Origin: a candidate division WOR-3 bacterium | Lineage (GTDB): Bacteria; Hydrothermota; Tepidihabitantia; Tepidihabitantales; Tepidihabitantaceae | Length of the DNA: 64,000 bases | Direction: 5' to 3' | NCBI GenBank assembly: GCA_013177935.1 | Contig: JABLXZ010000001.1 | Coordinates: forward strand, 35,794 to 99,793 | In this document: in pieces, positions 63,861 through 64,000 of the stretch | Numbering within the stretch: position 1 is the stretch's first letter | Layout of the letters: each line of letters starts with the position of its first letter | Translations under genes and position numbers: made by a program | Notes under the pieces: model-generated | Databases searched by the model: none | What the model saw: only the letters and a program-made list of their open reading frames with translations | What the model was told of the DNA's origin: nothing

Positions 63861-64000
63861 GTTGCGCGAGTTGTCTAAGGAAGAGTTGACCCGAAAGATT
63901 GCCGAGTTACGGGATGAACTTTTTAAGTTGAAACTACGGCGAGCAACCGAGCAGTTGCCCAATCCAGTCCGTTTGCGGATTCTCCGACGGGAAATCGCCC
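63847..64000 (+). CDS. rpmC: 50S ribosomal protein L29 (3' end outside the window)
   Basis: Not in the ORF track because it runs off the window edge. ATG 63847 gives [40 protein letters not shown], in the expected position after rplP. Confidence 0.88.
   Translation, partial: MKASELRELSKEELTRKIAELRDELFKLKLRRATEQLPNPVRLRILRREIA

Noticed and set aside
1-64000. I scanned the intergenic gaps for tRNA, rRNA, CRISPR arrays, IS elements, integrases, prophage genes, toxin-antitoxin pairs and defence systems.
   Set aside because: I saw no cloverleaf-like T-arm (GGTTCGAAT) motifs, no regularly spaced direct repeats outside the coding repeats at 49709-51493, and no transposase, integrase or nuclease-type ORFs.

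Overview
This is a bacterial chromosomal segment of about 50% GC (estimated by eye). It has clear sigma70-type promoters (TTGACA-N16/17-TATAAT) and frequent 4-nt ATGA gene overlaps. I saw no rRNA, tRNA, CRISPR array, transposase or integrase.

The organism looks like an uncultivated anaerobic diderm:
- lpxB is present.
- Two secreted repeat proteins carry T9SS/FlgD-type C-terminal sorting domains.
- The redox genes are of the anaerobe type (2-oxoacid:ferredoxin oxidoreductases, Hdr, selenocysteine).
- It has the archaeal-type FBP aldolase/phosphatase.

Gene content from left to right:
- An OFA-type MFS permease (partial) and acetyl-CoA synthetase.
- An LVIVD-repeat surface protein.
- A B12 block: FmdB zinc ribbon, CvpA-like protein, CobO adenosyltransferase, MeaB G-protein chaperone, and a split acyl-CoA mutase whose active-site residues match isobutyryl-CoA mutase.
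- A TPR membrane protein, then a PP-loop ATPase with NifU.
- A minus-strand operon: trpS-ispD-dxr-rseP plus a radical-SAM-like gene with a degenerate Cys motif.
- An envelope glycan block (GT39-like, GT2, polyprenyl glycosylphosphotransferase) and a Reg_prop propeller surface protein.
- speB plus an unannotated Cys-rich mini-ORF, lpxB, fbp (aldolase/phosphatase), MoxR, DUF177, an ICMT-like protein, a GWxTD-like protein, hutU and a GNAT acetyltransferase.
- Two divergent four-subunit 2-oxoacid:ferredoxin oxidoreductase operons.
- A PKD/YVTN repeat lipoprotein, sucCD, and a large membrane protein.
- Two thiolase-like genes plus two DUF35 genes.
- The start of the S10 ribosomal protein operon (rpsJ to rpmC).

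The most notable feature is the second OFOR operon. It continues, with translational coupling, into a GltD/NfnB-like flavoprotein, an MvhD-HdrC-HdrB fusion, and a selenocysteine-containing HdrA-MvhD fusion.

Other points worth a second look:
- The 2+2 thiolase-like/DUF35 module, in which the canonical catalytic residues appear to be missing.
- A conserved noncoding element present in two copies 45 kb apart.
- The isobutyryl-CoA-mutase-type signature of the mutase.

All functional calls come from reading motifs in the translations. No database search was possible.
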